Shown here piece after piece: positions 49,749-59,322 of a stretch of DNA of 64,000 nt (the first letter of the stretch is position 1; the number at the start of each line of letters is the position of its first letter). A program made the translations under genes and the position numbers. Origin of the DNA: a virus. Taxonomy: Duplodnaviria > Caudoviricetes. The notes under the pieces are model-generated. The model was given only the letters and a program-made list of their open reading frames with translations, did not search any database and was not told the origin of the DNA. The stretch lies in IMG/VR virus record IMGVR_UViG_3300028591_000075, positions 32,001 through 96,000 of that record; one strand, 5' to 3'.

Positions 49749-51638
49749 ATGGCTGAATCCGAAAAGAAATATGAATTTGTTGTCGAGTTCTCGGTGGGCG
49801 ATTCGTCGCACACCGCCGTTCGCGCATATCCGGTAAACCCGAATTCCAACGCGAAGAAGCTCGTCCACATGTTCATGCAGTCCGCCTTTACCTACTACAA
49901 CAAGGCGAAGAAGTATTCCTGGGAAGCGAAGCATCACATCCGCGGGTTCGACTGCAACGAGTATTTTTACGACAAGAATAAGGGGTGGATTCCGACGGGC
50001 ATGATCCCGAGGGCGCGTGACTACCTGAAAATGCAGTATGGCGACAGGGTGGCCATCACGATTTCTAAGGAAATCCGCAACATGTTCTCCCCGCCTTTCG
50101 GGCAGATTACGCGAGAAGACATCGAGGAGTTTACCAAGACACTCAATATCCACGACCGGGAAACCGGGAAGCCGCTGATCCCGTTCGAGCATCAGTACCG
50201 TCTGGTCGAGATTGCGCTCAACAGGCGCCGTGGCCTCCTGTTTGCATGTACCTCCGCCGGCAAGTCGGTGTCGATGATGATAATCGCCCGCTACCTGATG
50301 GAGAAGGAACACAAGAAGATCCTCATCATTGTGCCGAGCAAGGGCCTGGTCGAACAGCTTTACGACAACTTCTACACCGACTACGGGTGGGACGATGCGC
50401 GTGAATACTGTACCCTGCTGCATGGCGAGTCCTCTGACAAGATTTCCAAGAAGAAACTGGAAGAGTTGCAGAAGAAGTCAATCGGTGAAGAGAAGCTGTT
50501 GAAGCAGATTACCATCTCCACCTGGCAGACGCTCCAGCACAAGCACCCCGGTTTCTTCAAGGTGTTCGATGCCGTCCTGGTGGACGAGGCGCACGGCATG
50601 CGCGGTGTCGTCCTGCGCAGCATCCTCGAACAGTGTACCAACGCAAACAATTTCAAGGTCGGTGTCTCCGGCACGCTTCCCCTTGTCAAGCCCACCAAGG
50701 AGAACCGTGGACAGCACGGCGAAATCGGTATCAGCCTGGCACCCAGGGACGTTACCGACAGTGCCGAGTTCATCGACGCATGCAATATCGAATCGCAGCT
50801 CGGTCCGATTTATGACGTTGTACACCTTCGCGACCTTATCGCGAACGGTACGTTGACCCCGGTGCAGATGCACATGATTTACATCCCGTATCCCTACAAT
50901 ACGCGCTACGGCATATGTTATGCCAAGTACCAGATGGAACGGGCGATCGTCCTCGGGAACAGTTCCCGCAAGGACGTGATTTCCATGCTTATCGACGCCG
51001 GTCACCTTGGCACCGACCAGAATTCGGTCATTCTCTATGACGGCATCGAGCGTCTGCACGACCTGCATGATTTCTTGCAGGGGAAATATCCGCAGTACAC
51101 CTACCACATCATCGAGGGTGAAGTCAGCGCGTCCGAGCGCGAATCTATCCGAAAGCTGCTGGAAGGCAGTACCGGTAATATCCTCATCGCCACTTACGGT
51201 TGCATGAAGCAGGGCGTGAACATCAAGCAGCTCAACAACCTGGTCCTTGCCGAGCCGGCCAAGTCCATGTACAAGGTGATGCAGTCCATCGGGCGCGTGG
51301 TGCGAAAGCACCCGAACAAGCAGGTCGCCAACGTGTACGACCTCGTGGATGACGCAAATTGCTGGAAGCGTAAGCTGGACGGGACATCGGAGCAGATGTT
51401 CAACTACATGATGATACACGCCCGTTACCGCATGACGTACTATGATGCGGAGAACATCCCCATCGAGGAGCAGCACATGGACGGCATATACGAGGCGCAG
51501 CTTACCCCCGATGACATCAAGAAGCACCGCAAGGAAGCTGCCGACCGTGCCGCCGAGCGACTGCAAAAGCAGAAGCAGAAGAATGGTGGACAGATAGAGA
51601 TGGATTTGCCATACAAGAAGAAATTCTCGCTGATTTAG
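49749..51638 (+). CDS. uvsW: SF2 helicase UvsW-like
   Basis: CTSAGKS, VLVDEAH, SGT, GVNIK, QSIGR, VYDLVDD. Confidence 0.93.
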   Translation: MAESEKKYEFVVEFSVGDSSHTAVRAYPVNPNSNAKKLVHMFMQSAFTYYNKAKKYSWEAKHHIRGFDCNEYFYDKNKGWIPTGMIPRARDYLKMQYGDRVAITISKEIRNMFSPPFGQITREDIEEFTKTLNIHDRETGKPLIPFEHQYRLVEIALNRRRGLLFACTSAGKSVSMMIIARYLMEKEHKKILIIVPSKGLVEQLYDNFYTDYGWDDAREYCTLLHGESSDKISKKKLEELQKKSIGEEKLLKQITISTWQTLQHKHPGFFKVFDAVLVDEAHGMRGVVLRSILEQCTNANNFKVGVSGTLPLVKPTKENRGQHGEIGISLAPRDVTDSAEFIDACNIESQLGPIYDVVHLRDLIANGTLTPVQMHMIYIPYPYNTRYGICYAKYQMERAIVLGNSSRKDVISMLIDAGHLGTDQNSVILYDGIERLHDLHDFLQGKYPQYTYHIIEGEVSASERESIRKLLEGSTGNILIATYGCMKQGVNIKQLNNLVLAEPAKSMYKVMQSIGRVVRKHPNKQVANVYDLVDDANCWKRKLDGTSEQMFNYMMIHARYRMTYYDAENIPIEEQHMDGIYEAQLTPDDIKKHRKEAADRAAERLQKQKQKNGGQIEMDLPYKKKFSLI

Positions 51639-51645
51639 ATAATTT

Positions 51646-51696
51646 TGTTGATATATTGTTGATAAGTTGTGAATAAGTTGTTGGGATTGTTGATAG
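51646..51696 (+). repeat. Array of five DnaA-box-like 9-mers
   Basis: TGTTGATAT 51646, TGTTGATAA 51657, TGTGAATAA 51668, TGTTGGGAT 51679, TGTTGATAG 51688. Confidence 0.75.
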
Positions 51697-51780
51697 ATTG
51701 TCAAAAAATGGAAAAATTTGACAAGTGTTGGCAAATTTTGCCAACTGTTGCTATATTTATGATATTGAAAATGGGTTTCC

Positions 51781-52179
51781 ATGATGACCGATGAGAGAAA
51801 AAATGCCCTGGCGATACTGACCGCGTTCGCGTATCCGGAGATACTTGCCGAGAAACTTGGGTACATCCCCAAGTTTACGTTCAAGAATCGGATCTTGAAG
51901 AAGGCAATCCGGGAAGTGAAGAAGAACGGTGATACATCCATGGTGGTTACGACAAAACGCACCCGCGATGGCAAGGGTGACGTGATTTATCTTGCCGTGT
52001 ACGATCACCCGGTCGGAACACCGCGTTGTGCGTTTACACCAGGCGTGGTTCTCTGTATGGGGTTGAAGGAAATTCCGTTCAAGAACATAATCGAGAGTAA
52101 CGACGCGATTGCGACTGCGAATGCGATTTACCATTATCACCAGGCGTTCAAACAGTATGATTGCAGTGCGGGGACATGA
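51781..52179 (+). CDS. Hypothetical basic protein
   Basis: 132 aa, downstream of a TGCTATATT promoter, coupled to rnh. Confidence 0.7.
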   Translation: MMTDERKNALAILTAFAYPEILAEKLGYIPKFTFKNRILKKAIREVKKNGDTSMVVTTKRTRDGKGDVIYLAVYDHPVGTPRCAFTPGVVLCMGLKEIPFKNIIESNDAIATANAIYHYHQAFKQYDCSAGT

Positions 52180-53591
52180 TGGCCGGCAAGAAAAAGAAAG
52201 AACCGACATTTGAACTCCCGCCCCTGAAATCATACCGGTCGGTAAACAACCGGTATCTGGTACTGGACTGGGCATCCATGTCCTACCACAAGATGTTCTC
52301 CATCAACACGGCAAAGAACCGAGAGAAGTACGGGTTCATGGGTGCCGAAGGCGAAATCAAGCTGTGGCGCACGTTCATGGTCGATGAACTGATGAAGCTC
52401 ATCGCCCTGTTCGATCCGATGCACATCATCATCGCCCTCGAAGGTCCGGGTTCATGGCGCAAGAAGTTCGTCAAGGACTACTACGCCGAGCACGCCACAA
52501 TCTATTACGTCAACGATCCCGACAACAAGGCCTACTTTGTCCGCGCCGACAACCTCGGGTACGAGGTGAGGAAGGCCCAGGACGGGAACTTCTGCGTTAC
52601 CCCCATTCCAATTGCCGACTTCCCGAAACTCAACGAATTGAAGCACAAGCAGTTGGGTGAGTTCAATGAAGACAGGCAGAAGATGTTCTGGGACATCTAT
52701 GCACCCAACGGGAAGGACCCCATCCTCCCGTCGTACAAGGGAACCCGTAACAGCAATGACTGGCCGTTCACCATCGACCGCAAGATTTGGCGAAAGTACA
52801 AGGAGCAGTTCGCACAGGAACTCGCGCCCATCTTCCGCGCCCGCGCAATCTCGTGCGAAGGTGCCGAAGGTGACGATGTGGTTTATGCGTCCGCGAAGAT
52901 GTTCTGCGGGAAGGCCGATGACGTAATCGTCGTGACCCACGACTCTGACTTGCTGCAGTTGAACTTCCCGAAGGTGAAGGTCTTCGACCACATCAGTTGC
53001 AACTTCATGACTGTGGACGATCCGGTCAAATACCTCGACATCAAGGTGCTCGCGGGTGATAGTTCCGATAACATCCACGGCATGTCGTTCATCAAGCCGA
53101 AGACGGGTAAACTGGATTTTACAGTAAAGAACAGGTTCGGCGAGGGAACCGCCGCGAAGTTCATCCAGGCGTTCCCGAACGTGTATGACGTGGCGAAGAA
53201 CAACGGGTGGGATGACCAGTACATGCGCAACCGCAAGCTGATTGACCTTTCCTGCACACCGCCGGAAGTCGTTACCCGCCTGAACGACATGCTTACAAAG
53301 CCGGAACCGGAACTTTGCGGCTTCGAACTCCTGGATTTCTGGGATGTCGAACCGTACTACAAGGACCTTATGCAGAGCATGCGCTCCTATGGCTACCGCT
53401 CCATGATACCGGTATCCATGGCCGAGAAGAAGGCGCCAGTCGCCCTGCCGGCGGTCCCGGTTTCGGGTTTCGATGACAAGAAGTTCATGCCGATACCGCC
53501 GGGCGGTCCACAGACTGTGGCCAAGCCCGCCATGCAGGGATTTACATTTGCTGACACCGCCGGAATCGACGATGTCGGGAACCTTTTATAA
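52176..53591 (+). CDS. rnh: RNase H / 5'-3' exonuclease (T4 rnh, FEN-like)
   Basis: LVLD, SWRK, YKGTR, EGDD, DSDLLQL, GDSSDNI, RNRKLIDL. Confidence 0.9.
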   Translation: MMAGKKKKEPTFELPPLKSYRSVNNRYLVLDWASMSYHKMFSINTAKNREKYGFMGAEGEIKLWRTFMVDELMKLIALFDPMHIIIALEGPGSWRKKFVKDYYAEHATIYYVNDPDNKAYFVRADNLGYEVRKAQDGNFCVTPIPIADFPKLNELKHKQLGEFNEDRQKMFWDIYAPNGKDPILPSYKGTRNSNDWPFTIDRKIWRKYKEQFAQELAPIFRARAISCEGAEGDDVVYASAKMFCGKADDVIVVTHDSDLLQLNFPKVKVFDHISCNFMTVDDPVKYLDIKVLAGDSSDNIHGMSFIKPKTGKLDFTVKNRFGEGTAAKFIQAFPNVYDVAKNNGWDDQYMRNRKLIDLSCTPPEVVTRLNDMLTKPEPELCGFELLDFWDVEPYYKDLMQSMRSYGYRSMIPVSMAEKKAPVALPAVPVSGFDDKKFMPIPPGGPQTVAKPAMQGFTFADTAGIDDVGNLL

Positions 53592-53601
53592 GGAGGACCT
53601 T

Positions 53602-54408
53602 ATGTCCAAGAAAATAGACAAGGAAATCAAGGCTGTCTTGAAGAAAAACTCCAAGAAGAAAACAGCGTCCGAATATGACAAGGACGGAAGCCCGAAGAAC
53701 TGGCCGAAGGTACTCAAAAGGGTGCCCATGAACCGTAACGTCCGTATCAAGGACTTGCCGAAGCAGCCGGTGTTCAAGGACGAGGGCGATAAGCAGCGAT
53801 TCCTCGACCAGTTGAAGGCCGCGACTACCGGTAAGGATTGGAGCAAGGAATTCAAGGATGCCGTCAAGGATGATGCCCTGCAGATCGAGTTCAGCGGATT
53901 TGGTAACGGGCAGGTTTCCGAATTGGAGGATGGTATCAGCAAGACCCTTACCCACGGGGAAAGCCAGAGAGTTGCCGCGGCCACAAACGAGCGCGTGCAG
54001 AAGGACAATCGAGAAAACCCGATTGACGGCCAGGTCATGGAATCCAACTTCATCCTCCCGCTTCCGGCCACCAAGCTCGAAGAGAACGACATCCCGGAAT
54101 ACGTCCTCATGGCCTTCATACAGCCCGGTGCCGATTTCAAGCTGGAAAGTACGGTTACCGTCGGCAAGGACGTGCGTATTGTCTATCAGCGTGATCCGGA
54201 GTATTTCGAGGCCATCATTACGATAGGCGCCCAGAGGACCCTGAACCGTCGCATTGAAATCAACAGCCTCGTCATTAAGGACGGTGCCACCTATGCCGTG
54301 GACGGCAAGTTCTGCGACCATCCCGTGTTTGATGATGAAATTGTGCTTAATCAGCCCCGTGTGCTCAAATTGTACGATTTCCTGTGTGGCAAGCTCGGTT
54401 TGAATTGA
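53602..54408 (+). CDS. Hypothetical protein
   Basis: ATG 53602 with AGGAGG RBS. Confidence 0.75.
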   Translation: MSKKIDKEIKAVLKKNSKKKTASEYDKDGSPKNWPKVLKRVPMNRNVRIKDLPKQPVFKDEGDKQRFLDQLKAATTGKDWSKEFKDAVKDDALQIEFSGFGNGQVSELEDGISKTLTHGESQRVAAATNERVQKDNRENPIDGQVMESNFILPLPATKLEENDIPEYVLMAFIQPGADFKLESTVTVGKDVRIVYQRDPEYFEAIITIGAQRTLNRRIEINSLVIKDGATYAVDGKFCDHPVFDDEIVLNQPRVLKLYDFLCGKLGLN

Positions 54409-54491
54409 TCGGCTATGTTTCACCAGTAAGCAATTACGGTTTTCTAAGATGAATATAGTTTAACCTCGTAAGCAATTACGAGGTTTTTTCT

Positions 54492-56099
54492 ATGATGAAC
54501 ATCCACTGTCTTGTACAGGTCAACGGTAACGAGCTCGATTTTGCCGAATGGCTCGATTACCATATCGCACTCGGTTTTGATGCGATTTTCGTGTTCAACA
54601 ACGGCAATCACAACTGGCTGAACGCCGTTTGCGAACGCCGCGCCGACAAGAACGTAGTGGTTGTGCCGGGGGACGAAGACTGGTCCCATCAGTCCACCAT
54701 CATCCAGAAGTTCGTCGCCCGCCGTAAGCAACCCTCCTGGGCAATTTGCCTTTCCGATGACGAGTTCATCTGGCTGGACCCGAAGTTCTATCGCAACATT
54801 AAGGACTTCGTGTTCGGTGAATGCGACCGTCGCGGCGCTACGGCATGTACCCTCTACACGAAACACATCTCCTCCAAGGAACCGATGAAGAGCCGCGTGG
54901 GCACGCAGATTGACTGCTTCACCCACATCCGCCGTGAACCGGAAGGTTACCTCCCGGCACTTGAAGTGTGCCCGAACACCGGTGCCACCTTCTTCAAGAT
55001 TACCAGTCCGGAAATGCCGCTTGCCAACAAGCTCGTACCGAAGAACCCCAGCCGCTGGGTCGATGCAAACGGTGGCCGTCTTCTTCCGGAAGAAATGGGC
55101 CGGTACATGCACTCCAACCAGTTCTACCCGATGCGCTTCCGCGCACGTATCTACCGTTTCTGCCCCAAGAGCGGGTTCGAGATGAGCTTTGCCGAAAATG
55201 CCGTCCCGAAGGGATTTGACATCAAGGACCTGTCCATGCAGGAAGCAAGAAGTCTCCTCATGCGCGTACCGGTGAACCCGGACACCGAGAACCTATTTGC
55301 CAAGGATATCATCCCGGAAGCACCTGCCGTGGTCGAAAACTCTAACGGCACCACGAGCGAAATTTCCAAGGAAGAACTCGCCGAACGTGAACTCCCCGTG
55401 TCCAAGGCCCGCGTCTGCAAGATGATTCTTGCCGGCAAGTATTTCGAGGACATCCGTGACGAGTTGCAGAAGCAGTACCAGGATATCGATGTCGAGGCCC
55501 TTGAACGTGTGTTCAACAAGGAACGCGAGGCTATCCTCCAGGCCGATACCTCCTACAAGTGGTTGCAGGAACTCCTTGACGAAGGCAAGACCGAGGAAGA
55601 AATCTGCAAGACTATGTTCATCAAGCACACCGCCTATACCCGCATGGTGAAGGCCCTGCCGGTTCTCGACATCCCGCGTGAAGGTGCCGAGGAAGAACCG
55701 GAAGCCGAAGCCGATCCAGGTCTCACGCTCGAAGTCGGTGAACCCGAAAGCGTCGAGGACCTTGCCTCCAAGTTCAACGAGAGTGTCGAAAGCCACAAGC
55801 TGACCGAACTTGAAAAGGAAGAAATCGACAACTTCGAAAAGGAACGCAGTGTCCGCAAGAGCGCCAAGCAGGGTGGCAAGGGCAAGAAAAAGAAGGACGA
55901 TGCTCCCAAGAAGCCGAAGGTCGTTGCCGTGGAAGCGGTCGATGCCGGTGCTGCGGAAGGCGATGTCGTAATCAAGGAATTCGTGCCGCCTACCGGAAAC
56001 GATGATTTCCAGTTGGAAGTCGAAAGCGACCTCATCGAAAATGCGTCTGCCGATTCCGTAATCAAGCATGCTACGGAAGGAGGTTCCGACAATGCGTAA
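54492..56099 (+). CDS. GT92/GT2-like glycosyltransferase domain (degenerate DxD) with HTH-like and acidic C-terminal regions
   Basis: EWLDYHIALGFDAIFVFNN, WAICLSDDEFI; LLDEGKTEEEICKTMFIKHTAYTRMVK. Confidence 0.7.
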   Translation: MMNIHCLVQVNGNELDFAEWLDYHIALGFDAIFVFNNGNHNWLNAVCERRADKNVVVVPGDEDWSHQSTIIQKFVARRKQPSWAICLSDDEFIWLDPKFYRNIKDFVFGECDRRGATACTLYTKHISSKEPMKSRVGTQIDCFTHIRREPEGYLPALEVCPNTGATFFKITSPEMPLANKLVPKNPSRWVDANGGRLLPEEMGRYMHSNQFYPMRFRARIYRFCPKSGFEMSFAENAVPKGFDIKDLSMQEARSLLMRVPVNPDTENLFAKDIIPEAPAVVENSNGTTSEISKEELAERELPVSKARVCKMILAGKYFEDIRDELQKQYQDIDVEALERVFNKEREAILQADTSYKWLQELLDEGKTEEEICKTMFIKHTAYTRMVKALPVLDIPREGAEEEPEAEADPGLTLEVGEPESVEDLASKFNESVESHKLTELEKEEIDNFEKERSVRKSAKQGGKGKKKKDDAPKKPKVVAVEAVDAGAAEGDVVIKEFVPPTGNDDFQLEVESDLIENASADSVIKHATEGGSDNA

Positions 56100-56232
56100 T
56101 GCCTTGAAGTTCTTCCTCATGCTGCCGGTCGTCATCGGCTCCATGTTCCTCGGGGCTATCCTGGTCGGCCTATCGGTCGCGGTGGATTCCCTCGAAATGA
56201 GCAAGGAGTCAAAGGAATTGCCTACCAAGTAG
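56092..56232 (+). CDS. Small single-TM membrane protein (46 aa)
   Basis: GGAGG RBS; MRNALKFFLMLPVVIGSMFLGAILVGLSVAVDSLEMSKESKELPTK; below the ORF-track cutoff. Confidence 0.6.
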   Translation: MRNALKFFLMLPVVIGSMFLGAILVGLSVAVDSLEMSKESKELPTK

Positions 56233-56269
56233 ATAAACTGTCGGTGTTGTTCCTCTTGGAGACACCGGC

Positions 56270-56740
56270 ATGACCCTTCTTGAATCTTTCTGCGCCAATA
56301 TCGAGGACGAACTCGGACATACCCCGCTGGTCGAGGCTGCCCAGATGGCGGCCTTTGTCTTGCTCAATGATGAACCAATCCAGCTTGAAGGGTTCGGCGA
56401 TTTCATGAAGAGCCTCGGTCGGAAGGCTGGAAAGGCTGCTGCCATCGGCGCCCTGGCGTTCAACGTCGCCAATGCGAATGCCGCCCCCGTGAAAAAGAAC
56501 CACGGGCCGAATCCGAACCTGGCCAGCCACAAGCAGAGCACCAAGGTCTGCAACACGATGGTTCGCAATCTCTGGAATAACCCCCAGTACCAGGAACTTG
56601 AAACCAAGTACCTGCAGGAGGAACTGGACAAGCAGCAGAAGCAGGTCGAGGCCGGCAAGAGGGCCAGGGTCAATGAACAGAGAGCCTACACCGATGCCCA
56701 GATGCGGGCCATGAACGAAATCGCCTGTTCGACCAACTAG
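56270..56740 (+). CDS. Hypothetical late protein
   Basis: GATAAACT 56232-56239; LLES, LVEAA and LEG sites. Confidence 0.75.
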   Translation: MTLLESFCANIEDELGHTPLVEAAQMAAFVLLNDEPIQLEGFGDFMKSLGRKAGKAAAIGALAFNVANANAAPVKKNHGPNPNLASHKQSTKVCNTMVRNLWNNPQYQELETKYLQEELDKQQKQVEAGKRARVNEQRAYTDAQMRAMNEIACSTN

Positions 56741-56769
56741 TTCCATTTGACACATTAAATTAAGCTCGG

Positions 56770-56798
56770 TTGCCACTACCGGGCTTTTTTGCTAAATT
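56770..56798 (+). promoter_or_regulatory. Sigma70-type promoter TTGCCA-17-(TGn)TAAATT for gp46
   Basis: Same architecture at 59264-59292 (TTGCCA-17-TATATT). Confidence 0.7.
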
Positions 56799-56804
56799 TG
56801 GAAT

Positions 56805-59231
56805 ATGGCTAATTCTTCGAAGAATCATATTCATGTAAAGCGGATTACATTCCGTAACTTCATGTCCTACGGCAACAACGTGAACGAATTCACGTTCCCC
56901 GACGGCCTGAACTGGCTCTGTGCGGCCAACGGATGTGGCAAGTCCACTCTCGTAGAGGCACTTAATTTTGCATTTTTCGGCAAGTCCTACCGAGGCGGTA
57001 AGCGCGAGGAACTCCGGAACACGATGAACACCGAGGCGGTACTCGAAGTCACCGTCGAGTTCAGCCGTACCCAGGGTACCACTACCGAGGAATACTTCAT
57101 CAAGCGCACGGTCGATCCGAAGAACACGATGAAGTTCACCGTCGAGAAGAAGGAAGGCGACAAGTGGATTCCCCAGAACAAGCGTGCCGGGTTTACCCAG
57201 AAGGATTTCGAGGATGACATCCTCCGCTTCAATGAAGTCTTGTTCAAGAACAACATCGCGCAGAACACCCAGGAATCCTTGCCGTTCATTGACATGGAAG
57301 CCGCTGACCGCCGTAAGCTCACCGACTCCATCATCATGCTGGACAACGACCGCATCAAGAAGGAAAATGCGAAGGAACTGTCCACGGCGAAGACCAATTT
57401 CGAAATTGCCAAGAGCGACCGTGACCGCATCGAGAACGAAATCACCGAGCTCAAGAAAATCATCGCCCACATGGAAGACGAGAAGAAGGCCAACATCGCC
57501 CAGATGGAAGCGACCGTTGCCGAGAAGCGTACTCTCGTCGAACAGTACAAGGGCCAGTCCGGAGCACTTGCTACCGAACTTCAAGCATTGCAGAACCGTC
57601 TCACGGAATTGAAGTCCGTGCTCGATACCGAGCCGAGTATCGATGCGGCAATCGCGGGCATTCATAATGCGAAGTCACAGATAGTTCCGTTGCAGCAGTA
57701 CCGTGCCGAACTTGAAAAGGCGAATGTCGAATTGACTGCCGCGATGAATTCCTACAATGCGTTGCCCATCCAGGCGAAGAACGAGGAACTGGCCGGCATC
57801 GATAGCCAAATTAGGGAGCTGAATACCGCTGCCCAGGGTATCATGACTGAAATCAACGGGTTGAACTCCGAAAAGGGTAAAGCCGAAGGTTTCGTCCAAA
57901 AATGGGACTATGCAATCCAACAGGCTTCCACACAGTTGAAGCAACTTGCCGATGACGGCAAGAAGCGCAAGGCTGACCTTGACCATGTTGACGAGCAGAT
58001 CAACCTCGGTGCCATGATGCAAGCCGGTACCAAGTGTCCTACTTGCGGCCATACCCTTACCGAGGCCGACATCGAGGAACATAAGGGCGAAATCCGCCAG
58101 AAACTTATTGGCGATATCAATGCCGATGTCAATCGTCTTCGCGAAGCCTGGCTTCAATGTAAAGGAACAGTTACGGAACTTGAACACAGTCGTGCAGAGG
58201 CTGCAGCAGCCCTGGAAAAGGTCACTGGTGACTTGTCCGGCGCCAATGAGCGTTATTCCGCTATCGAGCAGCAGTTGGCTACCGCCAACACTAACCGGGG
58301 CACCGTATATAACGAGATCCAGGGCTACACATCCATCTACAATAGCACTGTCATTCCGGTGCAGGCCAAGGTCGAGCAACTGAAACGCAACATTTCCATG
58401 AGTGAACAGGTTATTGCCGGTACCGGCATAAATGTCGATGAATTTGTTGCCGAAGAAGCCCGCCTGACACAGGAAAAGGAGCGCATCGCAGGTGTCCGTA
58501 CTGACTGGCAGTCGGTGTATGATACCTACTCCACGAAGAACGGCGAGTATTCTTCTCTCAGCGGTTCCATTACCCAGGTGGAAGCAGAAATTTCCCGTAT
58601 CGAGGGTGAAATTGCCCGCATCAAGGCAGCTACCAGTGAAGATGCGTTGGCCATGACCAACAAGCGTCTCGCCGATGCCGAGCGTGACCTTGAACAGGCG
58701 ACTGAACGCTGGCATACCGCAAGCAAGACTATTGCCGCATGTAATTACATCACCGGTATGCTGTCGGATGGCGGCATGAAGAAGATGGTCTATGGATTGT
58801 ACATCGACCACTTCAACGAGGTCGTTCGCAAGAACCTGCTCAGGGCGAATCTCCCGTTCGTCATCGAGTTCGATGACACAATGAACTTCAAGTTCATCAG
58901 TGCCCCTGGATATGCGCCGTCCTATACCATGTTGTCCCAGGGTCAGCGCCGCAAGGTCGGCTTCGCAATCGCGATGGCCTTCCGTGACTTTGTGTCCCTG
59001 GTCGGCAATTTCAGTATCAACTTCATGTCCCTCGACGAAGTGCTCGACATTTCGACCGACAACTACGCCATGAGGGAAATGCTGGATATCGTGCGCTCCA
59101 TGGTTTCCGAAATCGGGTGCGTGGTCGTCATTACCCACCGTGGCGATGCCGTGGCCGACAAGTTCGACCACAAGATCGTGGTGGAATATGACGGAACTTA
59201 TTCCCATATGGGTGAAGTTACAGCCGTGTAA
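56805..59231 (+). CDS. gp46: SbcC/Rad50-like recombination ATPase, T4 gp46-like
   Basis: FRNFMSYGN, NGCGKST, coiled coil, CPTCG zinc hook, LSQGQ, LDE, VITH. Confidence 0.93.
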   Translation: MANSSKNHIHVKRITFRNFMSYGNNVNEFTFPDGLNWLCAANGCGKSTLVEALNFAFFGKSYRGGKREELRNTMNTEAVLEVTVEFSRTQGTTTEEYFIKRTVDPKNTMKFTVEKKEGDKWIPQNKRAGFTQKDFEDDILRFNEVLFKNNIAQNTQESLPFIDMEAADRRKLTDSIIMLDNDRIKKENAKELSTAKTNFEIAKSDRDRIENEITELKKIIAHMEDEKKANIAQMEATVAEKRTLVEQYKGQSGALATELQALQNRLTELKSVLDTEPSIDAAIAGIHNAKSQIVPLQQYRAELEKANVELTAAMNSYNALPIQAKNEELAGIDSQIRELNTAAQGIMTEINGLNSEKGKAEGFVQKWDYAIQQASTQLKQLADDGKKRKADLDHVDEQINLGAMMQAGTKCPTCGHTLTEADIEEHKGEIRQKLIGDINADVNRLREAWLQCKGTVTELEHSRAEAAAALEKVTGDLSGANERYSAIEQQLATANTNRGTVYNEIQGYTSIYNSTVIPVQAKVEQLKRNISMSEQVIAGTGINVDEFVAEEARLTQEKERIAGVRTDWQSVYDTYSTKNGEYSSLSGSITQVEAEISRIEGEIARIKAATSEDALAMTNKRLADAERDLEQATERWHTASKTIAACNYITGMLSDGGMKKMVYGLYIDHFNEVVRKNLLRANLPFVIEFDDTMNFKFISAPGYAPSYTMLSQGQRRKVGFAIAMAFRDFVSLVGNFSINFMSLDEVLDISTDNYAMREMLDIVRSMVSEIGCVVVITHRGDAVADKFDHKIVVEYDGTYSHMGEVTAV

Positions 59232-59322
59232 AAGCGGTTGGTTTGGGGCAAATGGCTGCCCGGTTGCCATCCGGTGGCCATTTTGCTATATTCGAAGAAA
59301 CCAAAAAGAGGACTTAATTAAA

